A program made the translations under genes and the position numbers. Below, piece by piece: positions 1 to 10,103 of a stretch of DNA of 64,000 nucleotides. The stretch is from Myxococcota bacterium (lineage in GTDB: Bacteria; Myxococcota_A; SURF-8). The notes under the pieces were generated by a model that worked only from the letters and a program-made list of their open reading frames with translations, was not told the origin of the DNA and ran no database searches. Location: the NCBI GenBank assembly GCA_965140415.1, contig OZ223209.1, forward strand, positions 1,600,001-1,664,000, given 5' to 3'. Every line of letters starts with the position of its first letter. Position 1 is the stretch's first letter.

Positions 1-3000
1 GATAACCGCCATCCCAGCGGCTTTACCCTGGATCTGTCCGGTACCGGTGGCGGTTGCCCGGAAAATCAGCACGAATGCGGTGACTTGTGTGTGAGCAACA
101 GTTCTCCCGATACCTGTGGAGATCGCTGCGAGCCTTGTTTCGAGCCGGAATTCTCCACCGCAGTGTGCGCGTTCGATGAAAACACCGTGACCTATTATTG
201 CGATTTCGAGTGCGACAACGGCTACGTGCGTTTCGGTGATGAATGCAAGCTGGGTGGTTCGCCCGATTGCTGCGGCGACGATTGCGTGGTCTGTCCCGAT
301 CCGCCGGATAATGCCAGCAGCCAGTGTATCGACGGCGAGTGCGCCTTTATCTGCACCAACGGCATGCATCTGTGCGACGTTCTCGGCGAGCCGGTATGCT
401 ATCCAAACGACGATATCACCCATTGTGGTGATGATTGTGTAAGTTGTTCGGTGCCTGAAAACGGTACTACCTATTGTGTGGCGGGTGAATGTGTGCCGGT
501 TTGCAGCAATGGGTACCATCCTTGCGATGATGGCAACTGTTATCCGGTCAACGACCCCACGCATTGCGGCGATGAGTGCTTGCAGTGCGAAGCGCCTTTC
601 GGAGGCGAAGGCGTTTGCGAAAATGGCGAATGTATCCAGCGCTGCCCGGACGAGGAGCACCTCTGCGACGACAACATCTGTTACACCGACGATGATATCA
701 CTCATTGTGGCGAAGACTGTACGCTCTGCCGCATCCCGAGCAACGGCCAAGCCTATTGTGTGGGCGGCGAGTGTATTCCACAATGTTTCGAAAGCTATCA
801 CGCCTGCGGCGACGACTGCTATCCAGGTGACGATCCGCTGCATTGCGGCGAAGAGTGCGTACAGTGCGAGGTGCCCAGTAATGGTGTAGCTATTTGTCAG
901 GGTGGTGAATGTCAGAAATTCTGCAATAATTCTTTCCACATCTGCCCGGATGGAAACTGTTACAGCGCCGACGATATCACGCACTGTGGCGATGACTGCG
1001 ACGTTTGCTCCGCACCTATCAATGGTGGCGCGCGCTGCGAAGGCGGCGAATGCTCCCAGTACTGCCAGCCAGGTTATCATTTCTGCGACGATGGCCAGTG
1101 CTACCCGGATACGGACATTACCCACTGTGGTGATGACTGTCAGGTCTGCTCGGTGCCGACCAACGGCGTAAGTTACTGCGTTGGCGGCGTGTGCGTTCAG
1201 GAATGCCAGGGCGGTTATCACATGTGTGACGACGGCCAATGTTATCCCGCCGATGATCCGACGCACTGTGGAGCCAACTGTGTAAGCTGCGATCCTCCTT
1301 CCAATGGTTTTGCTACCTGTATGGGTGGTTCCTGCGGGCGCATCTGTAATGAAAACTATCATATGTGCGCCGATGGAAACTGCTACTTGAATAGCGACGT
1401 AAACAATTGCGGTGCGGGCTGTTTGGAGTGTCCTGTGCCGGTAGGTGGTTTTGCCCAGTGTCTCGACGGTCTGTGTGAGCGTAGCTGCGATCCGACCAAG
1501 CATGTTTGCCCGCAGGACGGCAACTGTTACCCGGACAACGATCCGACGCATTGCGGCGAGGATTGCACGACCTGTCCGCAGCCGCTGCACGGCTATGCCA
1601 TCTGCGATGGTGAATGCCGCGCTTACTGCAATCCCGGTTACCATGCCTGCCCGGATGGCCAGTGTTACGAAAGCGGCAACATTCAGCATTGCGGCGATGA
1701 AAACGAGTGTGTGGCCTGTAGCGCTCCGAACAATGGGTACGCGCTGTGTGTAGGCAATCAGTGCGAAGTCTACTGCAACGAGACGTATCATTCCTGCCCG
1801 GACGGTACTTGCCAGCCGGTGGATGACGTCAAACACTGTGGTCCCGAATGTATCGCCTGTGAAATCCCAAGTAACGGTGCCGCCTACTGTGTGGGCGGTG
1901 AGTGTCTCACCCAGTGCAACCAGAATTATCACGCCTGCCCGGACGGCGATTGCTATCGCAACGACGATACCCAGCATTGTGGTGACGAGAATGAATGTGT
2001 GGCCTGCCCGGTGCCACAGAATGGCGTGGCAAGTTGTCAGAGCGGCGAATGCGTCAGCCAGTGCAACTCCAACTTCCATGCCTGCCCCGACGGTAACTGC
2101 TATCTGGATACCGACACCACGCATTGCGGCAACGCCGATGAATGCCTGGTCTGTCCGGTGCCGAATAACGGCTCGGCCAGTTGCGTGTTGGGTGAATGCG
2201 AAAGCGAGTGCAATACCGGACATCATTTCTGCGAAGACGGCAACTGCTACAGCAACTACGATATCACCCATTGCGGCGACGATTGCGAACTGTGCGAAAC
2301 GGTTCCCAACGGAAGCACCTCCTGCACCCAGGGTGAATGTACGTTGACCTGCCTGAGCGGTTTCCACCAGTGTGGCGAGGGTGACAGCCGCGAATGCCGC
2401 AGCAATATCGATCCGACCGCCTGTGGCGAAGACTGCGAAATCTGCGAAGTGCCGCAGAACGGCACGGCGGTTTGCAGCAACGGTTCCTGTGTGCCGACCT
2501 GCCCGGCGAACTCGCATCTGTGCGGCGCAGAGGGCAGCCTGGCCTGTTATACGAACGACGATGCCGCGCATTGCGGCGATAGTTGCACGGCCTGTCCCGC
2601 GCCGACCAATGGTTCTGCGGTTTGCAACAATGGCCAGTGCGACACCAGTTGCCCGGCCAACTGGCATCTGTGCGGCGATACCTGCTATCCCAATACCGAT
2701 GCGGATCACTGCGGCACGAATTGCACCGACTGTCCCGAGCCGACGGATGGTACGGCTATTTGCAGTAACGGCGAATGCGACACCAGTTGTCCCACCAACT
2801 GGCATCTGTGCGGCGATGCCTGTTATGCCAATACCGACATCACCCATTGCGGCGATAGTTGCGTTTCCTGTACCGCACCGATCGACGGCTCCGCTGTTTG
2901 CAGTAATGGCGAGTGCAGCCAGCAATGCCCGGCCAACTGGCACTTGTGCGGCGATACCTGCTATCCCAATACGGATATTGCACACTGCGGCGAAAGTTGC

Positions 3001-6000
3001 ACTCCCTGCACCGCACCGATCAATGGTTCCGTCCTTTGCTCCAATGGCGAATGCCAATCCAGTTGTCCGGCTAACTGGCATCTTTGTGGAGATACCTGCT
3101 ATCCCGATACGGATGCGGATCACTGCGGTGAAAGCTGTGAAAACTGCCCGGAACCGGTTAACGGCAACGGTCAGGCGGCTTGTGTCAACGATGGTTGCGT
3201 AACGCAATGTGTGGTCAACTTCCATTCCTGCACCGACGGCAGTGACGTTTATTGTTATCCAAACAGCGATCCGGATCATTGCGGCGCAGGCTGTTTGCCC
3301 TGCGAAGCGCCGATCGACGGTACAGCCCAATGCGTAAATGGTAGTTGTGAAATGACCTGTCTTTCCAACTGGCATTCCTGCTGGGTGGGACCGCTGCCCA
3401 ATGACTATCAATGTTTCGCCAATTCCGATCCGAACCATTGCGGTGAGTTGTGCGAAACCTGTCCGGCCCCGACCGGTGGTTCGGCAAGCTGTGTCAATGG
3501 CGAATGCGAGTCCAGTTGCCCGGTCAACTATCATGTATGCGGCGATACCTGCTACCCGGTCACCGATGCCAGCCATTGCGGTGAAAGTTGCACCGCCTGC
3601 ACCGCGCCGACCGGTGGTACCGCCAGTTGTGTCAACGGCGAATGCGAGTCCAGTTGTCCGGCCAACTACCATGACTGCGGCGGGGTCTGCTACGCGGTCA
3701 CGGATGCGGATCACTGCGGCAGCAGTTGCACCGATTGTACGGTGCCGACCGGCGGCTCGGCCAGTTGCGTCAACGGTCTATGCCAGCAGACCTGTCCTAC
3801 CAATTACAATTTGTGCAGCGGCACCTGCTATCCGCCCACCGATGCGGAACATTGTGGAAGCACTTGCAAAGTCTGCGATGAGCCGGTCAACGGCACGGCT
3901 TTGTGCGTCAACGGAGAATGCGACACGGCCTGTCAGACCAACTGGCATCTGTGCGGCGACACCTGTTATCCCAATACGGACGCCGAGCACTGCGGTAGTT
4001 CATGTACGACATGTGCTGTTCCGGTTGACGGTTATGCGACGTGCAGCAACGGTTCCTGTTATGAAAACTGCAACCCCGGTTCGCATCTCTGTTCCATCGG
4101 CGGTGGTGACAGCCAGTGCTTCCTGAACAGCGACCCGGATAATTGCGGTGATACCTGTGCGGAATGTCCGGACCCGGGTGGCAACGGTTACGCTACTTGC
4201 GTCAACGGCGAATGCGAAACCGCTTGCAATCCGGGGAACCATACCTGCGGTAGCGCCGGTACCGACTGCTACCCGGATAACGACCCGGACTACTGCGGCG
4301 ATTCCTGTCAGACCTGTTTCGAGCCGCCCAACGGTTCGGCGTTGTGTATCAATGACGATTGCGACTGGTCCTGCGATCCGTACTACAGTAAAAACACGGC
4401 GCTATCCGAGTGCAACTCCGGCAACCAGAACAGTTGCTGCGAACCGAACAACTCCGACAACTGCTGCGGTTTGAACTGCAACGAATGCCAGCCTTCCGGT
4501 CCCAACACGGTGGGGATCTGCGAAGCGACGGGCGACGTCAATAATCCCTACGCCTGCGGCTACGACTGTGCTTCGGGCTATGTCGATTACAACTCCGACT
4601 TCTCCGATGGCTGCGAGTGCTACTACCAGGGCAGCAATGATCCATACGGAGACGGTGTGGATCAGAACTGCGACGGTGTGGACGGCTATATGAACGAGGC
4701 CATCTACGTATCGCGTGATGGATTGGATACCAATAACGGCGACTACCTCTCGCCGGTACTGACCATCGACCGAGGTTTGGAGCGTGCCGTGCAATATGGA
4801 CGCGACTGGGTGCTGGTGACCGGTGAACGCTACACCGAAAACCTGCAATTGATTGAAGGCATCAACATTCTGGGGGCTTATTCCATCACCTTCCGCTCGC
4901 GCGATCGTGTCAATAACCGTACCACGCTGCAAGGCGAACCTGCCGATGACGGCGGTGAGTATGGCACCGTAACGGCAGTGGATATCTTGTCCAGCGATAC
5001 CGAGTTTTCCGGTTTCGAAGTCGTAGGGCGCGAAGGCACAGCCAGTGAAATCAGCACCTATGCCGTGTACATCCGCAATTGCGACGATCACCTGATCTTC
5101 CAATACAATACGGTTATCGGAAATGAAGGTTACGACGGTTCGCGTGGTTCCAACGGTACCAGCGGGACCAACGGAGCTAACGGCAACGGAGGTAATCCTG
5201 CCAAGAGCGCCGGAAGTTCCAACGACTCCTGTAGCGGTTCCAATGCAGGCGGTTCCGGTGGCGTAGCCAGTTGCAGCAATTCCAATGGCGGCGCCGGAGG
5301 CGGTGGTGATTGTCCAGTGTCGCGCGATGTGGCAGAAGGACCGGGCGTGGCCGGGCAGGGATCCGGCGCAGGAGCTGGCGGCTCGGCAGGCTACAGTTCC
5401 GAAATCGACGCCGGTTACAGTTGCGGTACCTGCTTCGTGCCGCCGACTTCCAGTGGTCATAGTATGACCGGTGGTACGGGTGGAACCGGTCAGCCCGGTG
5501 GCGATGGCTCCGGCGGCTCGGGTTGTTCGAATCAGGGGAGCGTATCCAGCGGCTTCTGGCAGATCGGCACGGCCACTCGCGGAAACACCGGAACGCATGG
5601 TTCTGGTGGTGGTGGTGGCGGTTCCGGTGGTGGTGTGAACTACATCCGTGACTCCTGGTACGGCTCTTGCGGTGAGCCCGATCAACTGGGCGGTACTGGT
5701 GGTGGCGGCGGTTCCGGCGGTTGTCGTGGTACCTACGGTTCTCCCGGAACTTCTGCCGGTGCGTCATTCGGGTTGTTCGTCATCTTCGATTCCAACCCGG
5801 GTAGCAGCAATAACGTGCCTCAGGTCAGCAATAATACCATTGTGCTGGGTCGTGGTGGTTACGGCGGCGACGGCGGTGCTGGCGGCGGCGGTGGTTCCGG
5901 TGGTTCGGGTGGCGCAGGTGGTATCGGTAATGCCGGTGACTACTGGTGCACCGGCTCGGGCGGCTCAGGTGGCTCGGGCGGTCGCGGCGGTCATGGCGGC

Positions 6001-6204
6001 GGCGGCGGCGGCGGTTGCGGCGGCAGCGTTTACGGCATCTACGGATACAACTACGGCTCTGCCAGTTACCTGTCGAGTTGGAACAGTACAAACAGCTTCG
6101 ACACCAGCCAAGGCTGGGGCGGTTCCGGCGGTGCAGGTGGCTACAGCCCGGGTAACCACGGCGTGGATGGTTCGGATGGTGCTTTCGAAGATACCAATTT
6201 CTAG
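1..6204 (+). CDS. Giant Cys-rich repeat extracellular protein (5' partial): about 30 Stig1-like 8-Cys repeats, a DGxDxNCDG metal-binding motif, a DUF1565/beta-helix-like region and a Gly-rich C-terminus
   Basis: The frame is open from base 1 (DNRHPSGFTLDLSGTGGGCPENQHECGDLC), so the TTG at 85 is not the true start. Repeat of about 43 aa: CxxGxCxxxCxxx(Y/W)HxCxxxCYxxxDxxHCGxxCxxCxxPxxG. Then DGVDQNCDGVD, IYVSRDGLDTNNGDYLSPVLTI and GGxGG tracts. Confidence 0.85.
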   Translation, partial: DNRHPSGFTLDLSGTGGGCPENQHECGDLCVSNSSPDTCGDRCEPCFEPEFSTAVCAFDENTVTYYCDFECDNGYVRFGDECKLGGSPDCCGDDCVVCPDPPDNASSQCIDGECAFICTNGMHLCDVLGEPVCYPNDDITHCGDDCVSCSVPENGTTYCVAGECVPVCSNGYHPCDDGNCYPVNDPTHCGDECLQCEAPFGGEGVCENGECIQRCPDEEHLCDDNICYTDDDITHCGEDCTLCRIPSNGQAYCVGGECIPQCFESYHACGDDCYPGDDPLHCGEECVQCEVPSNGVAICQGGECQKFCNNSFHICPDGNCYSADDITHCGDDCDVCSAPINGGARCEGGECSQYCQPGYHFCDDGQCYPDTDITHCGDDCQVCSVPTNGVSYCVGGVCVQECQGGYHMCDDGQCYPADDPTHCGANCVSCDPPSNGFATCMGGSCGRICNENYHMCADGNCYLNSDVNNCGAGCLECPVPVGGFAQCLDGLCERSCDPTKHVCPQDGNCYPDNDPTHCGEDCTTCPQPLHGYAICDGECRAYCNPGYHACPDGQCYESGNIQHCGDENECVACSAPNNGYALCVGNQCEVYCNETYHSCPDGTCQPVDDVKHCGPECIACEIPSNGAAYCVGGECLTQCNQNYHACPDGDCYRNDDTQHCGDENECVACPVPQNGVASCQSGECVSQCNSNFHACPDGNCYLDTDTTHCGNADECLVCPVPNNGSASCVLGECESECNTGHHFCEDGNCYSNYDITHCGDDCELCETVPNGSTSCTQGECTLTCLSGFHQCGEGDSRECRSNIDPTACGEDCEICEVPQNGTAVCSNGSCVPTCPANSHLCGAEGSLACYTNDDAAHCGDSCTACPAPTNGSAVCNNGQCDTSCPANWHLCGDTCYPNTDADHCGTNCTDCPEPTDGTAICSNGECDTSCPTNWHLCGDACYANTDITHCGDSCVSCTAPIDGSAVCSNGECSQQCPANWHLCGDTCYPNTDIAHCGESCTPCTAPINGSVLCSNGECQSSCPANWHLCGDTCYPDTDADHCGESCENCPEPVNGNGQAACVNDGCVTQCVVNFHSCTDGSDVYCYPNSDPDHCGAGCLPCEAPIDGTAQCVNGSCEMTCLSNWHSCWVGPLPNDYQCFANSDPNHCGELCETCPAPTGGSASCVNGECESSCPVNYHVCGDTCYPVTDASHCGESCTACTAPTGGTASCVNGECESSCPANYHDCGGVCYAVTDADHCGSSCTDCTVPTGGSASCVNGLCQQTCPTNYNLCSGTCYPPTDAEHCGSTCKVCDEPVNGTALCVNGECDTACQTNWHLCGDTCYPNTDAEHCGSSCTTCAVPVDGYATCSNGSCYENCNPGSHLCSIGGGDSQCFLNSDPDNCGDTCAECPDPGGNGYATCVNGECETACNPGNHTCGSAGTDCYPDNDPDYCGDSCQTCFEPPNGSALCINDDCDWSCDPYYSKNTALSECNSGNQNSCCEPNNSDNCCGLNCNECQPSGPNTVGICEATGDVNNPYACGYDCASGYVDYNSDFSDGCECYYQGSNDPYGDGVDQNCDGVDGYMNEAIYVSRDGLDTNNGDYLSPVLTIDRGLERAVQYGRDWVLVTGERYTENLQLIEGINILGAYSITFRSRDRVNNRTTLQGEPADDGGEYGTVTAVDILSSDTEFSGFEVVGREGTASEISTYAVYIRNCDDHLIFQYNTVIGNEGYDGSRGSNGTSGTNGANGNGGNPAKSAGSSNDSCSGSNAGGSGGVASCSNSNGGAGGGGDCPVSRDVAEGPGVAGQGSGAGAGGSAGYSSEIDAGYSCGTCFVPPTSSGHSMTGGTGGTGQPGGDGSGGSGCSNQGSVSSGFWQIGTATRGNTGTHGSGGGGGGSGGGVNYIRDSWYGSCGEPDQLGGTGGGGGSGGCRGTYGSPGTSAGASFGLFVIFDSNPGSSNNVPQVSNNTIVLGRGGYGGDGGAGGGGGSGGSGGAGGIGNAGDYWCTGSGGSGGSGGRGGHGGGGGGGCGGSVYGIYGYNYGSASYLSSWNSTNSFDTSQGWGGSGGAGGYSPGNHGVDGSDGAFEDTNF

Positions 6205-6221
6205 CCGTCAGGTTCGTTAAT

Positions 6222-6260
6222 AAAACACAGGCCGGGAAATTCTCCCGGCCTGTTTGTTTT
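6222..6260 (+). terminator. Intrinsic terminator, probably bidirectional
   Basis: ACAGGCCGGGA-AATTC-TCCCGGCCTGT stem followed by TTGTTTT and preceded by an A-rich tract; lies between convergent genes. Confidence 0.85.
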
Positions 6261-6295
6261 GGGACTCTGTAATCAGAATGCGCTTTCCTTTCGAT

Positions 6296-6350
6296 GGATC
6301 AGGATTGCATCCTGATCCGAAACGTTACGAGCGGGATGCAATCCCGCTCG
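6296..6350. repeat. Inverted pair of REP-like palindromes
   Basis: GGATCAGGAT-TGC-ATCCTGATCC (6296-6318) and CGAGCGGGAT-GCA-ATCCCGCTCG (6328-6350); the cores GGATTGCATCC and GGATGCAATCC are reverse complements. Confidence 0.55.
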
Positions 6351-6393
6351 ATCAAGGGGGCCGGGCACCCATTTCTAATAGTGCAATATATGA

Positions 6394-7812
6394 TTAGGGG
6401 ACTTCGTTTATATCAGACTCATTCTCGGGCAGGCAGATCAGAAACACGTAGCGCCCATGGGTCAATCGTTGCGGATGGCTTTCATCCAAGTATTGACAAT
6501 GCAGAGGCAAGCGCTGCGCCAGTTTCGGTGGTCCTGTTACATTCTGCCTCGCTACCCAAATGAATCCTCTAGACGGTTCCGGTTGCTGCCACAGATCGTA
6601 TTGACTTTTACGGCGTTCTACTTCGGCAGCAACTCCGGGAAGCTTCTTTTCGGGGAAGTTGTACGCCCACAATGAGGCCAACTGGTAGTCGCGGGCGAAT
6701 ACCGGCAACTCCAAAGCGGATTCGGGTAACAACTCCAGCGCGGTCTGGCCTTCCTGTTGTAAATCGTGCGCCTGTCTCAGCACATTGTTGCCGCCGAAAA
6801 CGCCAAGCCCCCACAGGTAGAGCAGCAGAGTAAATCCAGCTGCCAGCCACACGGTCTGTCGGGCGGCAAGTTGTATGCTTGGATGGCTTGCAAAGGCTGC
6901 CGCTACCACAAGCGCCGCCGGATAGGCGACTGCCGCCCAGCCCGCCTCTGCATGGGAAAAAAGAGCGATTGGCGTAAATAGCAGAATCGGAATCCAGGCA
7001 AATGGCAACAGTGTGCGCAGCCAGTGCGGCTGTGATAATCGCTCCCGACTGGCGCGGATGAACAACCACCAGAAACCGGGAGTAAACAATACGACTTGCG
7101 CCAGCACAAAGCCGCCCAGGTTTTCCCACCAGCGTCCCGCACCGGAAAAACCGTGGTCGAATTGAAAGCGCAGGCTGATCCAGTCGTGCGCCAATAGCCA
7201 ATTCAGATGCGGCGTAATTATTGCCAGAGTGACGATGCCCGCCAGCGCCAGTTTAAAACGGTGCTTGTGGATTGTCGTCCAGCTAAGCGCAAACAGCAAA
7301 CAGGGAACGAACAGCGCCATACTGTACTTGCTGAGCAGGCCAAGAGCCAGATATACGCCCAGTCGCACGAAATCAAGCAGTCGCGCACGCTCATTGATAT
7401 CGACCGCTGCAAGCAGCGCGAGAGACCAGAACACCAATAGTGGCGTGTCGGGAGTCAGGATCACGCCGCCCAGATTGAAAAGCGGAGCGACATTTAACGC
7501 CGTTACCACCCATAGCGCCTGTCGTTCCCCCGCCATGCGCCGCATCCACAGAAACAATCGCTGCGCTATCAGGGCAAAGGATAGCGGCGCGAAGGCGCGC
7601 AGTGCCAAAGGGGAGTCTCCGAAAATCGCGGTGCTGGCGGCCATCCACCAGGCGATCATGGGGGGATGATCGAAATAGCCCAAGGCTGGATGCTGTGCCC
7701 ACTGAAAGTAATAGGCTTCATCCGGGGAAAGCGGCAAGACCGCTGCCAGCAGAAGCCGCAGCAGCAAAAACGCACTGTTGATCCATAAAAAGCGGCGGGT
7801 GGTGGAGGTCAT
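6394..7812 (-). CDS. Glycosyltransferase family 39 / ArnT-PMT-like (GT-C) membrane protein
   Basis: PLSPDEAYYFQWAQHPALGYFDHPPM, TPDTPLLVFW, GLLSKYSM; many hydrophobic segments. Confidence 0.88.
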   Translation of the reverse strand: MTSTTRRFLWINSAFLLLRLLLAAVLPLSPDEAYYFQWAQHPALGYFDHPPMIAWWMAASTAIFGDSPLALRAFAPLSFALIAQRLFLWMRRMAGERQALWVVTALNVAPLFNLGGVILTPDTPLLVFWSLALLAAVDINERARLLDFVRLGVYLALGLLSKYSMALFVPCLLFALSWTTIHKHRFKLALAGIVTLAIITPHLNWLLAHDWISLRFQFDHGFSGAGRWWENLGGFVLAQVVLFTPGFWWLFIRASRERLSQPHWLRTLLPFAWIPILLFTPIALFSHAEAGWAAVAYPAALVVAAAFASHPSIQLAARQTVWLAAGFTLLLYLWGLGVFGGNNVLRQAHDLQQEGQTALELLPESALELPVFARDYQLASLWAYNFPEKKLPGVAAEVERRKSQYDLWQQPEPSRGFIWVARQNVTGPPKLAQRLPLHCQYLDESHPQRLTHGRYVFLICLPENESDINEVP

Positions 7813-7820
7813 CTCCCGGT

Positions 7821-10094
7821 TTACAACTCCATGAATTCAGGTTCCTGTGCGGGTTCGACGACCGCAGGCGCAGGTTCAACAGTCTCTGAAGGTTGTTCCT
7901 GCTGCGCTTCCGGTTTCGCCGGTTCGGGTTCTGCTTCGATTGCTGGTGCGACCTCCGGTGCTTGTGCTTGCGGTTCAACCTCTACGGGTACTTCTTCGGC
8001 TTTTGGCGTTTCAGTAACTTCCGGTGTGGTTGCCGGTTCCGCAGGGGCTGCTTCGTTCATGGCGGGAGTGTTCGTCTCGGAGTCCGTTGCGGCTGGCAGA
8101 ATCGGTTTCGCTTCAACGGCCAAAGGCGCTTGCTCGATCGGCTCCGGCGACGTACTGCCTAAGCCTTGGTAGTTCGTGCATTGCCACAGCGTGAACAGGC
8201 GTACCTGTCGTTCTCCGCGCTGAATGGGAATCTCGCGCAGCTTCGTCAATCCGCCGCCGCAGCTATACAACGAGGACGGGTCGGTATTGTAGCGATTGTC
8301 GGTCACGATCAGCCCGTCCTGCCCAACGGGGCTTGGTTGTTCGAAAAAGTCGAAGGCGTCGGTGCGCTCGGATAGGCAATATACCGGCAAGGCGCGCCCG
8401 CGCAGGGCGAAACTCAGTTGACCGCACATGGTGTAGTGATAGCTTGCCACAAAAAGAGGTTCGGTGTGTTTAGAACTGATTTCACCGATGGCTTGATCCA
8501 CCCGGTCCCATCCGATCAGTTCGTTGGCCAGATCGTATTTGGCATCGTACCATTCGTCGGGTAACAGGGAAGAGGGGAAGGCGCTTAACAGATGTGCTAC
8601 CAGCAGGCCATTGATTGCCAGCGCCGGAAGCAGCAGCCAGCTCATCACGGCGCGTCGTTTTTTCGGTTGACGCCAGAAGGCGAAGGGACCGACCAGTAAC
8701 AATGCCTGGGCTTTCGTCGCCGTTTCACAGCGTATTGAAAGCACCATGCTGGCCAGCAGCGGATAGAGCAGCAGATAGCCGATTAACGGCCAATGCGGCT
8801 CGCTTTCTCCGGTCCAGCCGCCCACGAAAACAAAGAAGCCAAGCACCGGTACGCTGAGCCAGAACAGCAGCCCGGCGTCGTGTCCGGTTCTGCCGAACAG
8901 ATCCCACAGCGAACGCCCGGCAGCCAACAGCAGACCGAGAAAGAGCAATGGCGAGAGATACAGCGCCTGTCCGGCAGTGAACACTAACAGACGGTTTAAG
9001 TCAAACGACGCCGCCTGGTGGCGTTCGAACAGATGATAGGTGAACGAGATGAAGTCATGCTGCGAGTTCCAGATCAGTACCGGGGCGAAGATCGCCGCCG
9101 ATAATACCAGCGCCAGCGGCAGCCAGATGGAAACCAGTAGCTTGCGTCCGGGCGAGAAGAGCAGGTAGACAATTGCGACCGGCCAGAACAGCAGCATGAA
9201 GTATTTGCACAACAGCCCGATTCCGACGGCAGCGCCTGTAAGCAACAGGTACAACGGGCGTTGTGTATGGGCGGCGCGATACAGCAGCCAACTGGCCAAT
9301 AGCCACATTACGCCCAAACCGGCATCCGGAGCGGCGGCGATGGAACCCAGGAAAAACACGGGGGTCAACAGGAAGAACAGCAGCGCAACAAAGCCGACGC
9401 GATGGCTGCGGAACAAACTCGCGCCCAAACCGTATACGCCCAGTCCCATTGCGGTGGAAAGCGCTACGGAAAGTACGCGGACGCCCATCGTGGTGTCGCC
9501 GAACCAGCGCGTCCCAAGCGAAATCAGGTAGGCCACCATCGGTGGGTGATCGTAATAGGAAAGTTGAAGATGCTGTGACCAGGCATAGTAATACGCTTCC
9601 GAATCGCCCAGTCCAAGTTGGCCGGAGAGCCACAGCTTCATTGCACCGAAGCCGGTCAGCACCAATACTGCCAGAAAGAGGAACAGTCCCTGCGATTGAG
9701 ACGCATTGCCGGAATCTTCCAGGTCTTCGAAATTCTCGAAGTCCTCGCTGTCACCCGTGTACGTATAGGGGCGCTGCGAAACCTGTTCCGGGATGGTTGC
9801 TTCTTCCTCTTCCAACTCGTCTTCAGGCTCGCTTTGCTCTTCTTCTTCCGAATCTTCTTCCGAGTCGGTGCCGTCTACTATCGCGTCAGAGCTTTCAGGC
9901 TCGTTGAGATCTTCTTCTTCGGGCTTTGCTTCAGGTTCCGAGTCCGACTTCGTTTCCAAGTCCGATTCGGATTCGAAAGAAAATGCCTCTCCCTGCGTGT
10001 CAACAGGGGGCTCATTCTGTTCTTTTGAGGCTTGACTCTGTTGTTCGTCCGCTGTTTCGATACCTTCTTCGTCCGGTCGTTTTTCGTCGTTCAT
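7821..10094 (-). CDS. Glycosyltransferase family 39 / ArnT-PMT-like protein with acidic N-terminal and Pro/Glu/Ala-rich C-terminal extensions
   Basis: GDSEAYYYAWSQHLQLSYYDHPPM, APDAGL, GLLCKYFM, EPHWPLIGY. Confidence 0.88.
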   Translation of the reverse strand: MNDEKRPDEEGIETADEQQSQASKEQNEPPVDTQGEAFSFESESDLETKSDSEPEAKPEEEDLNEPESSDAIVDGTDSEEDSEEEEQSEPEDELEEEEATIPEQVSQRPYTYTGDSEDFENFEDLEDSGNASQSQGLFLFLAVLVLTGFGAMKLWLSGQLGLGDSEAYYYAWSQHLQLSYYDHPPMVAYLISLGTRWFGDTTMGVRVLSVALSTAMGLGVYGLGASLFRSHRVGFVALLFFLLTPVFFLGSIAAAPDAGLGVMWLLASWLLYRAAHTQRPLYLLLTGAAVGIGLLCKYFMLLFWPVAIVYLLFSPGRKLLVSIWLPLALVLSAAIFAPVLIWNSQHDFISFTYHLFERHQAASFDLNRLLVFTAGQALYLSPLLFLGLLLAAGRSLWDLFGRTGHDAGLLFWLSVPVLGFFVFVGGWTGESEPHWPLIGYLLLYPLLASMVLSIRCETATKAQALLLVGPFAFWRQPKKRRAVMSWLLLPALAINGLLVAHLLSAFPSSLLPDEWYDAKYDLANELIGWDRVDQAIGEISSKHTEPLFVASYHYTMCGQLSFALRGRALPVYCLSERTDAFDFFEQPSPVGQDGLIVTDNRYNTDPSSLYSCGGGLTKLREIPIQRGERQVRLFTLWQCTNYQGLGSTSPEPIEQAPLAVEAKPILPAATDSETNTPAMNEAAPAEPATTPEVTETPKAEEVPVEVEPQAQAPEVAPAIEAEPEPAKPEAQQEQPSETVEPAPAVVEPAQEPEFMEL

Positions 10095-10103
10095 GGCTTG
10101 GTT

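Noticed and set aside
85-4500. Multiheme cytochrome interpretation of the Cys/His repeats
   Set aside because: I found no CxxCH motifs; His precedes Cys (HxC, HCG)
5130-6204. Mycobacterial PE-PGRS gene or horizontal transfer
   Set aside because: Only compositional Gly-rich similarity; no PE domain, and codon style is continuous with the rest of the gene
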